Source: Bacilli bacterium (GTDB taxonomy: Bacteria; Bacillota_I; Bacilli_A; RFN20; CAG-826). From it: 64,000 bases of DNA. Below are positions 16,943-26,545 of this stretch, in pieces. The stretch is taken from the NCBI GenBank assembly GCA_022641095.1, contig JALCDB010000005.1, positions 3,766-67,765 of the forward strand, read 5' to 3'. Below the pieces are notes generated by a model. The model was not told where the DNA came from. It ran no database searches and saw only the letters and a list, made by a program, of their open reading frames with translations. Each line of letters opens with the position of its first letter. Positions within the stretch are counted from its first letter, which is position 1. The translations under genes and the position numbers were made by a program.

Positions 16943-16970
16943 TTGACAATTTTCGCCTCTCTTTTATTGT
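16943..16970 (+). promoter_or_regulatory. Putative promoter of the opp operon
   Basis: TTGACA (16943-16948), 16-nt spacer, TATTGT (16965-16970). Confidence 0.35.
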
Positions 16971-16999
16971 TGTGCTATGACTTTGGAAAGGAGTCAAAT

Positions 17000-19525
17000 A
17001 TGAAGAATCAGAAAATCGCTTTGGTTCTCGCGCTCGCTGCATTGCCTTTAGTCGCTTGCACAAATGCCAGCAGCGTTCCTGCGAGTTCCGCCACAGCCAC
17101 TTCGACGTCTTCTTCCTCCGGCGAAAAAAAAGCGGATGTTCGTGCCAATGGCATTTACAACTATTCCGCCATCGATTACGCCGACAAGAATAAGATCATC
17201 GGGGCCGAGGAAGGCTACATCCTCGACAATTTCTTAGGAGGCATCCCGCTTTATGACGACGGCAGCACTGTCCTCTACAACTCCCGTCTTTCGGGTCTAT
17301 TAGACAACTACATCCCGAACTACGGCTTTGGTGTCGCTCGCGCGACCATTAACTCCGACCTCGCGGGTGACACTGGCCCTTATACGCGCTATTACCATGA
17401 TTTCCAATCGAACGATCCGGGCACTTTTAACGCTCCGAATTCTACGGACAGCGTCACGAGTGACATGAACGATATGTTCACTATTGGTTACTACGGCATG
17501 AAGCCGAACGCCACCAGCGACGGATATGAATGGTATTCGGTTCTTGCGAGTGACATGCCGATTGCCGTCAATCCTGATAAAAATGGCTTCGCCAACACAT
17601 GGGAAGTCCCAGTTCACGCGGACGAAGACGGTTTCGTCTACAACACGCTGTCCGCCAAGGATGGCATCAAGGATTTCGCCGGACGCAAGATTCAGCTTGA
17701 AGATTATCTTACGATGTACAAGCTGACTCTCGATAATGGCTGGTCCCGCGCCACCGATCTTGGCGATCCAACCACCGGTTTCGCTGGCGTCAGCGCTTAT
17801 AGCGACCAGATCGCCGCTGGTAAAACGCCGAGTTGGGATGGCGTTGGCATTCAAATCGACGAGGCCAAAAAAGCTCTCAAGTTCACCTTTAACACCGCCA
17901 AGGACCCTTTCTACGCGATGTATTACGTTTCCAGCTCGATGTACGCTCCGCTTCCGGAGTCGTTCATCACGGCTATTGGCGGCGCCAATCGTTATGGCAT
18001 CTACAACGATACCGGAGCTGGAGCAAGCGGCTTGAACGCCGTTGACTCCGTTCTCTCGACCGGCGTCTATATGCCTGAAGTCATCGAGGCCGGCAAGCAG
18101 ATCGTCTTCAAGAAGAACCCCACCTGCTGCGTCAGCGACGAGTATCACTTCGCTGGCTACAAATACAGCATTTGGCCAGGTGCCGCGAGCGATAGTACCT
18201 ATGCCTACACGCAGTACAAAGAGGAAAAGAACCTCGACGCCGTCGGTGTCCCGGCTTCCAAACTCTCGGCCGAAGCCAACAACCCCGAACTCCGCAAGAC
18301 CAAGGGCAGCACCGTCTGGAAGTTCCAGGTTAACTCCTGCACTCAAGCAGAATGGAACGCGCTCTTTGGAGCCGAAGGAACCATCAAACATGGCAAAGAT
18401 GGCGGATACGAGTGCAAGCCGATCATGAGCAACATCAACTTCCTGAACGGCCTCTACGCTTCCATCAACCGCAACGAACTCGCCACCACCCTTGGTCATA
18501 ACGCGGCCCAAGGCTTCTTCGCCGGCGCCTATGACTACGATCCTCTTAAGGGCTTGGCCTATCGTGATAGCGATGAAGGCAAAGCGGTCCTTGCCGACCG
18601 TGATCCCAACACCTGCGGTTATAATCTGACCAAAGCCGAGAAACTTTTCCAAATCGCCATCGAACAAGAACAAAAGAAAGGCAACTACACAGGCGGCACT
18701 GCCGCTGAGCCGGTTGTCATCACTCTCGATTCTTGGTATCAAACAAATGGTCAGATTTCTCAAGAAGGCGGCCTTGAGGCTTCCTATCTTCAGAACGCTT
18801 TCAACGAGGCTTGCGGCGACAAGTATGGCGTTAAACTCTTGATCAAAAATCAAGCTCCGGCCGTTTGGAGCGATGTCTATTACCAGCACATGATGGTTGG
18901 CCAGTTCGACCTCGGATTTGGCACCATCACCGGCAATACGCTTGATCCGCTCGCCTTCTGCAACACCGTTTGCAGCGACAACCGTTCGGGCTTCACCCTT
19001 AGTTGGGGCACCGACACCGGCGCCTGCGAATACGACGAAGAGACTGGCGAAGGATCCATCATGTATGATGGTAAGGCTTGGTCCTTCGACGCCCTTTACG
19101 AAGCTGGCACCGCTGGTACCATCGCCACCTCTGGCGAGTCCACTCCGGCCTTCACCTATGGCGAAGATTCCGCTGGCGGACAGGTTCAAATCGGGGTTGC
19201 CAGTCTTGACGAAGGCGTTAACGACGCCAAGTTCACGCTGTCTTACTATGTCGATCCTCAGGTCATCATCGCGATCGATAAGGTCACTTGGTACAACCCA
19301 GTCACCAAAGAGGAGGCGGCTTATGATGTCGGTACCGTCGTTTCCGACGATGATAACGGCACTATCACCATCAGCGCTCCGGTTGACATTAAGGATGCCA
19401 AGCCATATCCTGATGATGGCTATGCCGCCGGCATCATCTGCGTCTACTACACGCAGACTGTGCTTGGCGTAACGACGACCGGTCTTGAAATTGACGTAAC
19501 CGTCATATTCATTCAAGCCGCTTGA
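17000..19525 (+). CDS. Large substrate-binding lipoprotein of the oligopeptide ABC transporter (OppA-like, family-5 SBP)
   Basis: Start MKNQKIALVLALAALPLVAC with lipobox LVAC and a GGAAAGGAG SD. 842 aa. Lies immediately upstream of oppBCDF. Confidence 0.7.
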   Translation: MKNQKIALVLALAALPLVACTNASSVPASSATATSTSSSSGEKKADVRANGIYNYSAIDYADKNKIIGAEEGYILDNFLGGIPLYDDGSTVLYNSRLSGLLDNYIPNYGFGVARATINSDLAGDTGPYTRYYHDFQSNDPGTFNAPNSTDSVTSDMNDMFTIGYYGMKPNATSDGYEWYSVLASDMPIAVNPDKNGFANTWEVPVHADEDGFVYNTLSAKDGIKDFAGRKIQLEDYLTMYKLTLDNGWSRATDLGDPTTGFAGVSAYSDQIAAGKTPSWDGVGIQIDEAKKALKFTFNTAKDPFYAMYYVSSSMYAPLPESFITAIGGANRYGIYNDTGAGASGLNAVDSVLSTGVYMPEVIEAGKQIVFKKNPTCCVSDEYHFAGYKYSIWPGAASDSTYAYTQYKEEKNLDAVGVPASKLSAEANNPELRKTKGSTVWKFQVNSCTQAEWNALFGAEGTIKHGKDGGYECKPIMSNINFLNGLYASINRNELATTLGHNAAQGFFAGAYDYDPLKGLAYRDSDEGKAVLADRDPNTCGYNLTKAEKLFQIAIEQEQKKGNYTGGTAAEPVVITLDSWYQTNGQISQEGGLEASYLQNAFNEACGDKYGVKLLIKNQAPAVWSDVYYQHMMVGQFDLGFGTITGNTLDPLAFCNTVCSDNRSGFTLSWGTDTGACEYDEETGEGSIMYDGKAWSFDALYEAGTAGTIATSGESTPAFTYGEDSAGGQVQIGVASLDEGVNDAKFTLSYYVDPQVIIAIDKVTWYNPVTKEEAAYDVGTVVSDDDNGTITISAPVDIKDAKPYPDDGYAAGIICVYYTQTVLGVTTTGLEIDVTVIFIQAA

Positions 19526-19527
19526 TA

Positions 19528-19628
19528 AGTTGCGGACGCTTAGCAACTGACAAAAACCTCCTTAGTCTTAATGACTAAGGGGGGAAATGATGATAGAATG
19601 TTGCCAGCCCGCGCAAGGTTGGCAACAT
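19528..19628 (+). other. Three stem-loops in the oppA-oppB spacer
   Basis: AGTTGC/GCAACT (19528-19548). CCTCCTTAGTC/GACTAAGGGGG (19557-19583). ATGTTGCCA/TGGCAACAT (19598-19628). None has a clean T-tract on the plus strand. Confidence 0.4.
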
Positions 19629-19695
19629 TTCTATCGTACTTCAGTAATTTATAAGGTCGTTCATGTTGTAAAGAAATCAGAAAGGATTATCCGAA

Positions 19696-20733
19696 ATGTG
19701 GAAATATATCTTGCAAAGAATTGCACTCATATTCGTCACCGCGTTCATCATCCTTTCTGCTTCCTTTTTCCTCCTAAAGCTTGTGCCTTCCGCGTTCGCT
19801 GGCACAAATCCGCAGGTGCTCACTTTTTATCGGAAGCAGGTGACGTTAGGTTATTGCTACCAAGTCGAAGACATCATTGGGACGACCGCCGATCACGTTG
19901 TCACGATCACTTCCGGTTCCTCGTCGAAGAACTACTACTTCAATGATTTCTCCATCGTCCACCAGTATGGCGTGTGGCTCTATAACATTTTCACCAAATG
20001 GGACTGGGGCACGTCTACCGCCATTTCGATTGGCTCGAGCGCCATGTCCATCATCTCAACGCGTATTGGCGTTTCGATGAAGCTTAATATCCTTTCGATG
20101 TTTTTCTCGCTTCCGATTGGTTTCTTTTTAGGCATCACAAGCGCCCTCAAGAAGAACAGCGTTTACGACAACGTCGTGCAGGTACTGATCATGGTTTGCG
20201 TTTCGATTCCGTCCTTCGTTCTCATCTCATTTCTCATTCTTTTGCTGTCTTTCTACGCCAAATGGCTTCCTTCGACGTGGCCAAGCACCATGGATGGCGC
20301 TGGCACGATCGCCGCTGGATACGTCATTCCGGTCATGTGCCTTTGCTTTGGCACGATCGCGGGCTTCACTCGTTGGATCAGGGCCGAATTGACCGAGGTC
20401 ATGTCTTCCGAGTTTTTGCTTCTTGCCCGGACCAAGGGACTTACCAAGGGCCAAACCGTTTTGCGGCACGCTCTGCGAAATTCCATGGTCCCTATTTTCC
20501 CGATGATCATTGGGGAATTCATCGGCATTCTCAGCGGATCCATGATTCTTGAGCAAATATACGCCATTCCAGGTATCGGTTTCCTTTACGTCGACGCGCT
20601 TACCGCCAAAGATTACAACGTCGTCATGACCGACCTCGCGGTCGTCACGATGATCAGTTTGGCCGCTTCGCTCGTCGTTGACCTTTCATATGGATTCGTC
20701 GATCCGCGCATCAGAATGGGGGCCAGAAAATGA
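19696..20733 (+). CDS. oppB: Oligopeptide ABC transporter permease OppB
   Basis: 345 aa. BPD_transp_1-type permease with the conserved EFLLLARTKGL loop. Confidence 0.85.
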   Translation: MWKYILQRIALIFVTAFIILSASFFLLKLVPSAFAGTNPQVLTFYRKQVTLGYCYQVEDIIGTTADHVVTITSGSSSKNYYFNDFSIVHQYGVWLYNIFTKWDWGTSTAISIGSSAMSIISTRIGVSMKLNILSMFFSLPIGFFLGITSALKKNSVYDNVVQVLIMVCVSIPSFVLISFLILLLSFYAKWLPSTWPSTMDGAGTIAAGYVIPVMCLCFGTIAGFTRWIRAELTEVMSSEFLLLARTKGLTKGQTVLRHALRNSMVPIFPMIIGEFIGILSGSMILEQIYAIPGIGFLYVDALTAKDYNVVMTDLAVVTMISLAASLVVDLSYGFVDPRIRMGARK

Positions 20734-22874
20734 GTTTCAGAAAAAACGCCGACAAAGCGAAAAAAGGGCCCTTGGATATGGATAAGAACCAAGACAGCGA
20801 CCAACAATCATTCGCCACAAGCGAGGACTTTGCCTTCGTTCAGACGGACAAGACCATTCACGACGTTCGTTTCAAGACGAAACCGACGACTTATTTGGGC
20901 GATGCGATGAAACGTTTCGCCAAGAGCCGTTCCGCCGTTGTGGCGGCCTGTATCCTTGGGGTTCTCGTTTTGATGGCCATCGTCGTCCCCTTTGCCGATC
21001 CCAACGACATCGATAACATTCAGGATTACCAAAAGAACCTCCCTCCGAGATGGTGGGGCATCAATGATGCCGGATTCATGGATGGAACCACGAATTATGA
21101 GGGCGTCGTGGGTTACGATACAACGGGTGAGGTTAACGCCGACACCGACCTTAACAACGTTTTGCCGGTCTCAAATGGCACCGATATCAACACCGATTGC
21201 ATCATAGAGGGAAGTTTGAAGTGCGAATGGGCGTCGGTTAACGCCGCAAGCAAATATGGCTATGGCGGCTCGTTGGGCTTAACGGCTGGCAATCATACGA
21301 GCGATCCGGAGATTTTCTCTCCCTATGCTAATTACGACACTTCCGTGGCTTATACGATTTCGGTCGCTTTTGATCGCGAGTCCATCGTCGAAATCGCGGC
21401 TATTCAGCCGGAATACTCGCTTATCGCTTATGTCGATTATGACGGCGATGCGACGACGGATCCGACCGAAGTCACCGTTTACGTTCCAGCGACGAAGGGC
21501 GATTACAGCGACGTCGTCATACCGGACGTTTCCGATATAATCGCTAAGAACAAACCGGAAGGCGTCACCGATACGGTTTTTTCCGCTTCGTTTGGGTTGC
21601 GCTTGAAGACAAACACCGAATATGACCCTGAAAGGGCCGGCGATTATCCATCAATTTACATAGATTCATACCTCGTTGGCCGTAGCGATGGCACGGCCGA
21701 CCCCACTTGGGATTCGATTGGCTTCAAAGAAGGCAACGAGCTCTATCTCCGTTCCACTTCCGAAGACGCAGAAATCAAGAAAACGTCATGGCTTATTGAT
21801 AATTACGGCGTTCGTTCCGTTCGCGGTGTTCATATTATTAATTGCAGTTTCCGTTATGATCCCTATGAAGCGGCTTTCGGGGATATAACAAAATCCGATG
21901 TTCCGCTCAATTCAACCAGAAAGTGGATTGACGCCAATCTTATGAGTCTGCGCATTGATGGCTACGATCTTTCCGACCCCGATAACTTCAGTAATTTCGA
22001 TTTTGATAATTTCGATCCAGAGAGTGATTTTGAGTTTGAGATATTGGATGACAGTTGCCCAGTTCGTGACGTCACGAAAGTCGAAGTTTACGAAGTTACT
22101 TACTTCGACAAAAACAACAAAAAGCACACGACCCATGCCTTTTCCTTGACTGTGGTTATGAGTGTCTATCGTTACTATAATTACAATTCTATGCCAATGT
22201 TTGTCTTTGGCACCGATAGACACGGCTGGGATTATTTCAAATATCTTTTCACTGGCTTGCGAACATCTTTGCTTCTAGGCGTCTTCGCGGCGACCATCAA
22301 TATTTCCTTTGGTCTCGTGTGGGGTTCCTTCTCCGGATATTTCGGCGGTTGGACCGATATTTTCATGGAGCGTTTCATCGAGATTCTCGGCGGCGTTCCT
22401 TGGATCGTCGTCATGACTCTATGCCTCTTGACCTTAGGCCAAAGCTTTTGGACTTTCCTACTGGCCATTTGCTTGACTGGTTGGATTGGCGTCGCGGAAG
22501 AGTCCCGAGAGCAGTTCTATCGCTTTAAAGGCCGAGAATACGTTCTTGCGTCGCGCACCCTTGGCGCGAGCGACGTTCGTTTGATCTTCAAACACATCCT
22601 TCCCAACGGCATCGGCACCATCGTGACTGGCTCGGTCCTTATGATTCCAAGCGTCATCTTCTCCGAAGCCACGATCGCCTATTTGGGTCTCGGCTTAAAA
22701 GGCATGAAGAGTTTCGGCGTCGCCTTGAGCGATGCCCAGAATTACTTGCGCGACCAACCTTACCTTATTATCAGCGGCGCCATCATCGTGAGCATCCTCA
22801 TGATTTGCTTCAACTTGTTCGGCAATGGCTTGCGAGACGCCTTCAACCCCTCGCTGAAAGGAACGGAGCAATAA
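20730..22874 (+). CDS. oppC: Oligopeptide ABC transporter permease OppC with ~400-aa extracytoplasmic insertion
   Basis: 714 aa. TM1 (AVVAACILGVLVLMAIVVPF), then a long hydrophilic segment (~21015-22245), then the permease core (EYVLASRTLGAS loop). ATGA overlap with oppB. Confidence 0.8.
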   Translation: MSFRKNADKAKKGPLDMDKNQDSDQQSFATSEDFAFVQTDKTIHDVRFKTKPTTYLGDAMKRFAKSRSAVVAACILGVLVLMAIVVPFADPNDIDNIQDYQKNLPPRWWGINDAGFMDGTTNYEGVVGYDTTGEVNADTDLNNVLPVSNGTDINTDCIIEGSLKCEWASVNAASKYGYGGSLGLTAGNHTSDPEIFSPYANYDTSVAYTISVAFDRESIVEIAAIQPEYSLIAYVDYDGDATTDPTEVTVYVPATKGDYSDVVIPDVSDIIAKNKPEGVTDTVFSASFGLRLKTNTEYDPERAGDYPSIYIDSYLVGRSDGTADPTWDSIGFKEGNELYLRSTSEDAEIKKTSWLIDNYGVRSVRGVHIINCSFRYDPYEAAFGDITKSDVPLNSTRKWIDANLMSLRIDGYDLSDPDNFSNFDFDNFDPESDFEFEILDDSCPVRDVTKVEVYEVTYFDKNNKKHTTHAFSLTVVMSVYRYYNYNSMPMFVFGTDRHGWDYFKYLFTGLRTSLLLGVFAATINISFGLVWGSFSGYFGGWTDIFMERFIEILGGVPWIVVMTLCLLTLGQSFWTFLLAICLTGWIGVAEESREQFYRFKGREYVLASRTLGASDVRLIFKHILPNGIGTIVTGSVLMIPSVIFSEATIAYLGLGLKGMKSFGVALSDAQNYLRDQPYLIISGAIIVSILMICFNLFGNGLRDAFNPSLKGTEQ

Positions 22875-22875
22875 T

Positions 22876-24402
22876 ATGGAACGCCAAGCATTGCCAACCA
22901 TCGATTTCGCGACCACCGTCGGGCCGGTCCCCGCGGGCAAAGAGGTCAAGCTCTCCGTTCGTGACCTTGCCATCTCGTTTTATACCGACAAAGGCCGCGT
23001 TCACGCGGTCCGTGGCGTTTCCTTTGACCTATATCGCGGCGAAACGCTTTGCATCGTTGGCGAATCGGGATCGGGCAAATCCGTCACGAGCCGCACCATC
23101 ATGGGCATCCTTGCCGGGAACGGCCATATCGATTCCGGTTCCGTCACCTATGAAGGCGAGGATCTCACCAAGGTTTCCGAGGAGGAGTTCCATCGCATCA
23201 GAGGCGACAAGATCGGTATGATTTTCCAAGACCCCCTCTCTTCGCTTAACCCGATCATGAGGATCGGCAAGCAGATCACCGAGGTCATGGTCATTAACGG
23301 CAATCACCTTAAGCACAAGCACGACGAGATCATCAAAACCGAACTCGTCAAACTCAAGAACGATGAGCGTCTTCTTTCGATCACGCGCGACGATTTCATT
23401 TATGCCAAAAAATCCCTTAACGGGGCCAAGAAGCACAAAAAAACCGCCGAGGAAATAAAAACCGCCGAAACCGAGCTCGCCACAAAGAAAGCGATTTATG
23501 AGGGCAAGAAAGCCGAATTAGGGCCAAAGATCAAAGAGGATCGCAAAGCTCTTGCCGACAAAAAGAGGGTGGCCGCCGTCGAAGTCAAGAAGATGGCTGA
23601 CAAACTCAAAAACGAACACAGGGAACGCTTAGGCAAAGTCGTTGACGCCTTTAAACATAACCACAAACTCAATTTGTTTTACAAGAGCGTCGTCAAAGAG
23701 CACCGTGAATATATCTCAAACATCCGCGTGACGCAAAAGGAAGCGAAAGCCAGGGCCCTTAAGGTCATGGCCGAGGTCGGAATCCCTTCCCCGGAAAAAC
23801 GTTTTAATCAGTATCCGTTCGAGTTCTCGGGCGGCATGCGGCAACGCATCGTCATCGCCATCGCTTTGACGGCCAATCCGGACGTTCTTATCTGCGATGA
23901 GCCGACAACCGCCCTCGATGTCACCATCCAAGCCCAGATTTTGGAACTTATCAACCGTCTTAAGGTGGCTCACCACATGTCCGTGATTTTCATCACCCAC
24001 GACTTGGGCGTCGTCGCCAACATGGCCGACCGCGTCGCCGTCATGTACGCTGGCAAAATCGTCGAATTCGGCACAGCCGCCGACGTTTTCTATCACCCGG
24101 TTCATCCTTACACCTGGGCTTTGCTTTCCTCCATTCCAGATGTCGACAGCAAGGAACGCCTAGAGGCCATTCCGGGCACGCCGCCGAACATGATTTATCC
24201 GCCGAAAGGCGACGCTTTCGCTCTTCGCAGCAAGTACGCGATTGGCATCGATTTCAAAGAAGAGCCGCCGATGTACAAGGTTTCCGACACCCACTACGCC
24301 TCGACGTGGCTCCTCGATCCGCGCGCTCCGAAAACGGTCATGCCAAAAATCGTTTCGACCCGTATCGAAAATTCCTTACGAAAGGCAGGGCTTAAAAAAT
24401 GA
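22876..24402 (+). CDS. oppD: Oligopeptide ABC transporter ATPase OppD with ~145-aa Lys/Glu-rich insertion
   Basis: Walker [10 protein letters not shown]-loop MIFQDP, signature FSGGMRQR, Walker [12 protein letters not shown], and a C-terminal oligo_HPY region. Insertion at ~23300-23730. Confidence 0.85.
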   Translation: MERQALPTIDFATTVGPVPAGKEVKLSVRDLAISFYTDKGRVHAVRGVSFDLYRGETLCIVGESGSGKSVTSRTIMGILAGNGHIDSGSVTYEGEDLTKVSEEEFHRIRGDKIGMIFQDPLSSLNPIMRIGKQITEVMVINGNHLKHKHDEIIKTELVKLKNDERLLSITRDDFIYAKKSLNGAKKHKKTAEEIKTAETELATKKAIYEGKKAELGPKIKEDRKALADKKRVAAVEVKKMADKLKNEHRERLGKVVDAFKHNHKLNLFYKSVVKEHREYISNIRVTQKEAKARALKVMAEVGIPSPEKRFNQYPFEFSGGMRQRIVIAIALTANPDVLICDEPTTALDVTIQAQILELINRLKVAHHMSVIFITHDLGVVANMADRVAVMYAGKIVEFGTAADVFYHPVHPYTWALLSSIPDVDSKERLEAIPGTPPNMIYPPKGDAFALRSKYAIGIDFKEEPPMYKVSDTHYASTWLLDPRAPKTVMPKIVSTRIENSLRKAGLKK

Positions 24403-26456
24403 GCGAAGAAAAGAAACCGGCCAACAAAGGCTTCCTTGAGTCCGCCATCGGTTTTTTGCACCGCAATGAGCCGCAGTTCATCAGGGATGACGACGAAAAG
24501 AAATTCCTTCGCGTGGAAGGACTTCGCGCCGATTTGGTCGCGAAGAAGGAGGCGCTCAAGAATGCCTCGGACGCTGATAAAAACGCCATTCAAAGCCAAA
24601 TTGAGGATATCCGTGACACCCTTCGCCTTTATTCTTTGTCCCATTGGAACGACACCGATGCGGAGCGTCTCCGCCACAAAAACGTTTTGGCCCGTTCGCG
24701 CGTTCTCGCGAAGGATTATGAAAGGCAAACCCTCGCCCGACAAAACGACATTTCGGCCCTTCTTCCGGTGAAGGCTGAATTCGAAAAGAAAGAAAAAGCG
24801 CTTCTAAGCGCCCACAAGACCGCCTTGAAAAAGGCCAGATCCACGAAGGACGGCGAGGCCGTAAAGGCCGAGAACAAGGCCTATCTAGACAAACTCGCCG
24901 CCATTGAGAAAGATTACGCCGATGCGGCCTCCAAAGCCGCTCCGGAGGCCAGGAAACATCTTTTGGCCCTTGAAACCGATCGCGATGCGAGCCGTTTGGC
25001 CCGCGTCAGTTACAAGAAAAACCTTGTTGACGAGGATGTCATCCTTTCCGTTCGCCATATGAAACAGTTTTTCGACATGGGCGGTGGCTACAAAACAAAA
25101 GCCGTTCACGACGTTTCGTTCGACATCAAGCGCAACGAATGCTTTGGCCTTGTCGGCGAATCCGGATGTGGAAAGACCACGACCGGCCGTTGCATCATCA
25201 AACTTTACGATATCACCTCCGGCGCCGTCTATTATGAAGGTTACCGTATCAGCGGCGGCGTCCGTTTCAATGAGAAGGAAATTAAGTGGAGCCGCATCCA
25301 CACGAAAGAGAAAATCAAGGCTCTCCGCGAGAAAGAGAGGGTTGAAATCGCTTCGATTCCGCTCAAGAGCACGGATATCGTGAGACGACTTGACGACCTA
25401 AACGCCGCCGAAAAGGCCGAAATAGAGGAAAGGGCCGACCCCAACGACGTCGATCGCGACGATCTCATCCTTTCAATCAGGAACGACTATGCCCGCCAGC
25501 GCGCCGAACTTGAGTCCCTTAAGACGACCGCGAGCATGGCCGAGTCCAAGCAAGCCTCCAATATCAGGTCCTATTACGAAAACGAGATCAAAACCCTCTG
25601 CGCCAAAGAGCGTATTCACGTTCAAGAGCAAAGAGAGGAGATCAAGCACATCAAGTACGACAATAAGCACGCCAACAAACTGATGTTGCCGGATGGCCTT
25701 CCCGAAGACGCCAACATGGCCAAAGTGCAAAGGCAGCCCAACCATCGCCTCGTCAACGAAATCCAAATGATTTTCCAGGATCCGGTCGATTCGCTCGACC
25801 CGCGCATGACCGTCAATGACATCATCCAGGAAGGGCTGCGCATCCAAGGGAAGCACAACGTCGCCGAAAACGAGAGGAAAGTGGCTGATATCCTCAACAA
25901 AGTCGGGCTTATTCCGGAATACGCCTCGCGTTATCCCCACGAGTTCAGCGGCGGTCAACGCCAGCGTATCGGCATCGCCCGTTCCATCGTCATGAACCCG
26001 AAATTCCTTATTTGCGATGAGCCGATCAGCGCCCTCGACGTTTCCATCCGCGCCCAGATCCTGAATCTTCTTAACGACGTCAAGGACGAGATGGGCGTTT
26101 CCATTCTCTTCATCGCCCACGACCTTTCGGTCGTCAAGTATTTCTGCGACCGCATCGCCGTCATGTATTATGGCAACCTAGTTGAGCTCGCTACGAGCGA
26201 CGAACTCTTCAAGCACCCGCTTCACCCCTACACGAAATCCTTGCTTTCAGCTATTCCGAAACCGGATCCGGCGAGCGAGAAGAACCGCGTTCGCATCGTT
26301 TACAAGCCTTCCGAAGTTCATGACTATTCGCATGAGAAACCGTCTTTCCAGGAAATTCTGCCAGGTCACTTCGTGCTTGCCAACGCCCCCGAAATGGCAA
26401 AGTACCGCCAGGAAATCGTCGTTCTCGACGAAAAAGCCAAAGCCAAAGAGAAGTAG
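24399..26456 (+). CDS. oppF: Oligopeptide ABC transporter ATPase OppF with ~210-aa N-terminal extension and ~165-aa internal insertion
   Basis: Walker A GESGCGKT, MIFQDP, FSGGQRQR and LICDEPISALD. Extension at 24399-~25035. Insertion at ~25260-25755. ATGA overlap with oppD. Confidence 0.85.
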   Translation: MSEEKKPANKGFLESAIGFLHRNEPQFIRDDDEKKFLRVEGLRADLVAKKEALKNASDADKNAIQSQIEDIRDTLRLYSLSHWNDTDAERLRHKNVLARSRVLAKDYERQTLARQNDISALLPVKAEFEKKEKALLSAHKTALKKARSTKDGEAVKAENKAYLDKLAAIEKDYADAASKAAPEARKHLLALETDRDASRLARVSYKKNLVDEDVILSVRHMKQFFDMGGGYKTKAVHDVSFDIKRNECFGLVGESGCGKTTTGRCIIKLYDITSGAVYYEGYRISGGVRFNEKEIKWSRIHTKEKIKALREKERVEIASIPLKSTDIVRRLDDLNAAEKAEIEERADPNDVDRDDLILSIRNDYARQRAELESLKTTASMAESKQASNIRSYYENEIKTLCAKERIHVQEQREEIKHIKYDNKHANKLMLPDGLPEDANMAKVQRQPNHRLVNEIQMIFQDPVDSLDPRMTVNDIIQEGLRIQGKHNVAENERKVADILNKVGLIPEYASRYPHEFSGGQRQRIGIARSIVMNPKFLICDEPISALDVSIRAQILNLLNDVKDEMGVSILFIAHDLSVVKYFCDRIAVMYYGNLVELATSDELFKHPLHPYTKSLLSAIPKPDPASEKNRVRIVYKPSEVHDYSHEKPSFQEILPGHFVLANAPEMAKYRQEIVVLDEKAKAKEK

Positions 26457-26489
26457 CGTCGCGCAGTAGGGCTCGCATCATATATTTTA

Positions 26490-26517
26490 TTGACATTGCG
26501 CACATGCGCGTTATCAT
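26490..26517 (+). promoter_or_regulatory. Promoter of the first M6-like protease gene
   Basis: TTGACA (26490-26495), 16-nt spacer, TATCAT (26512-26517). Confidence 0.55.
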
Positions 26518-26545
26518 TCGCTTGCGAGAAATTAAGGAGAAATCT

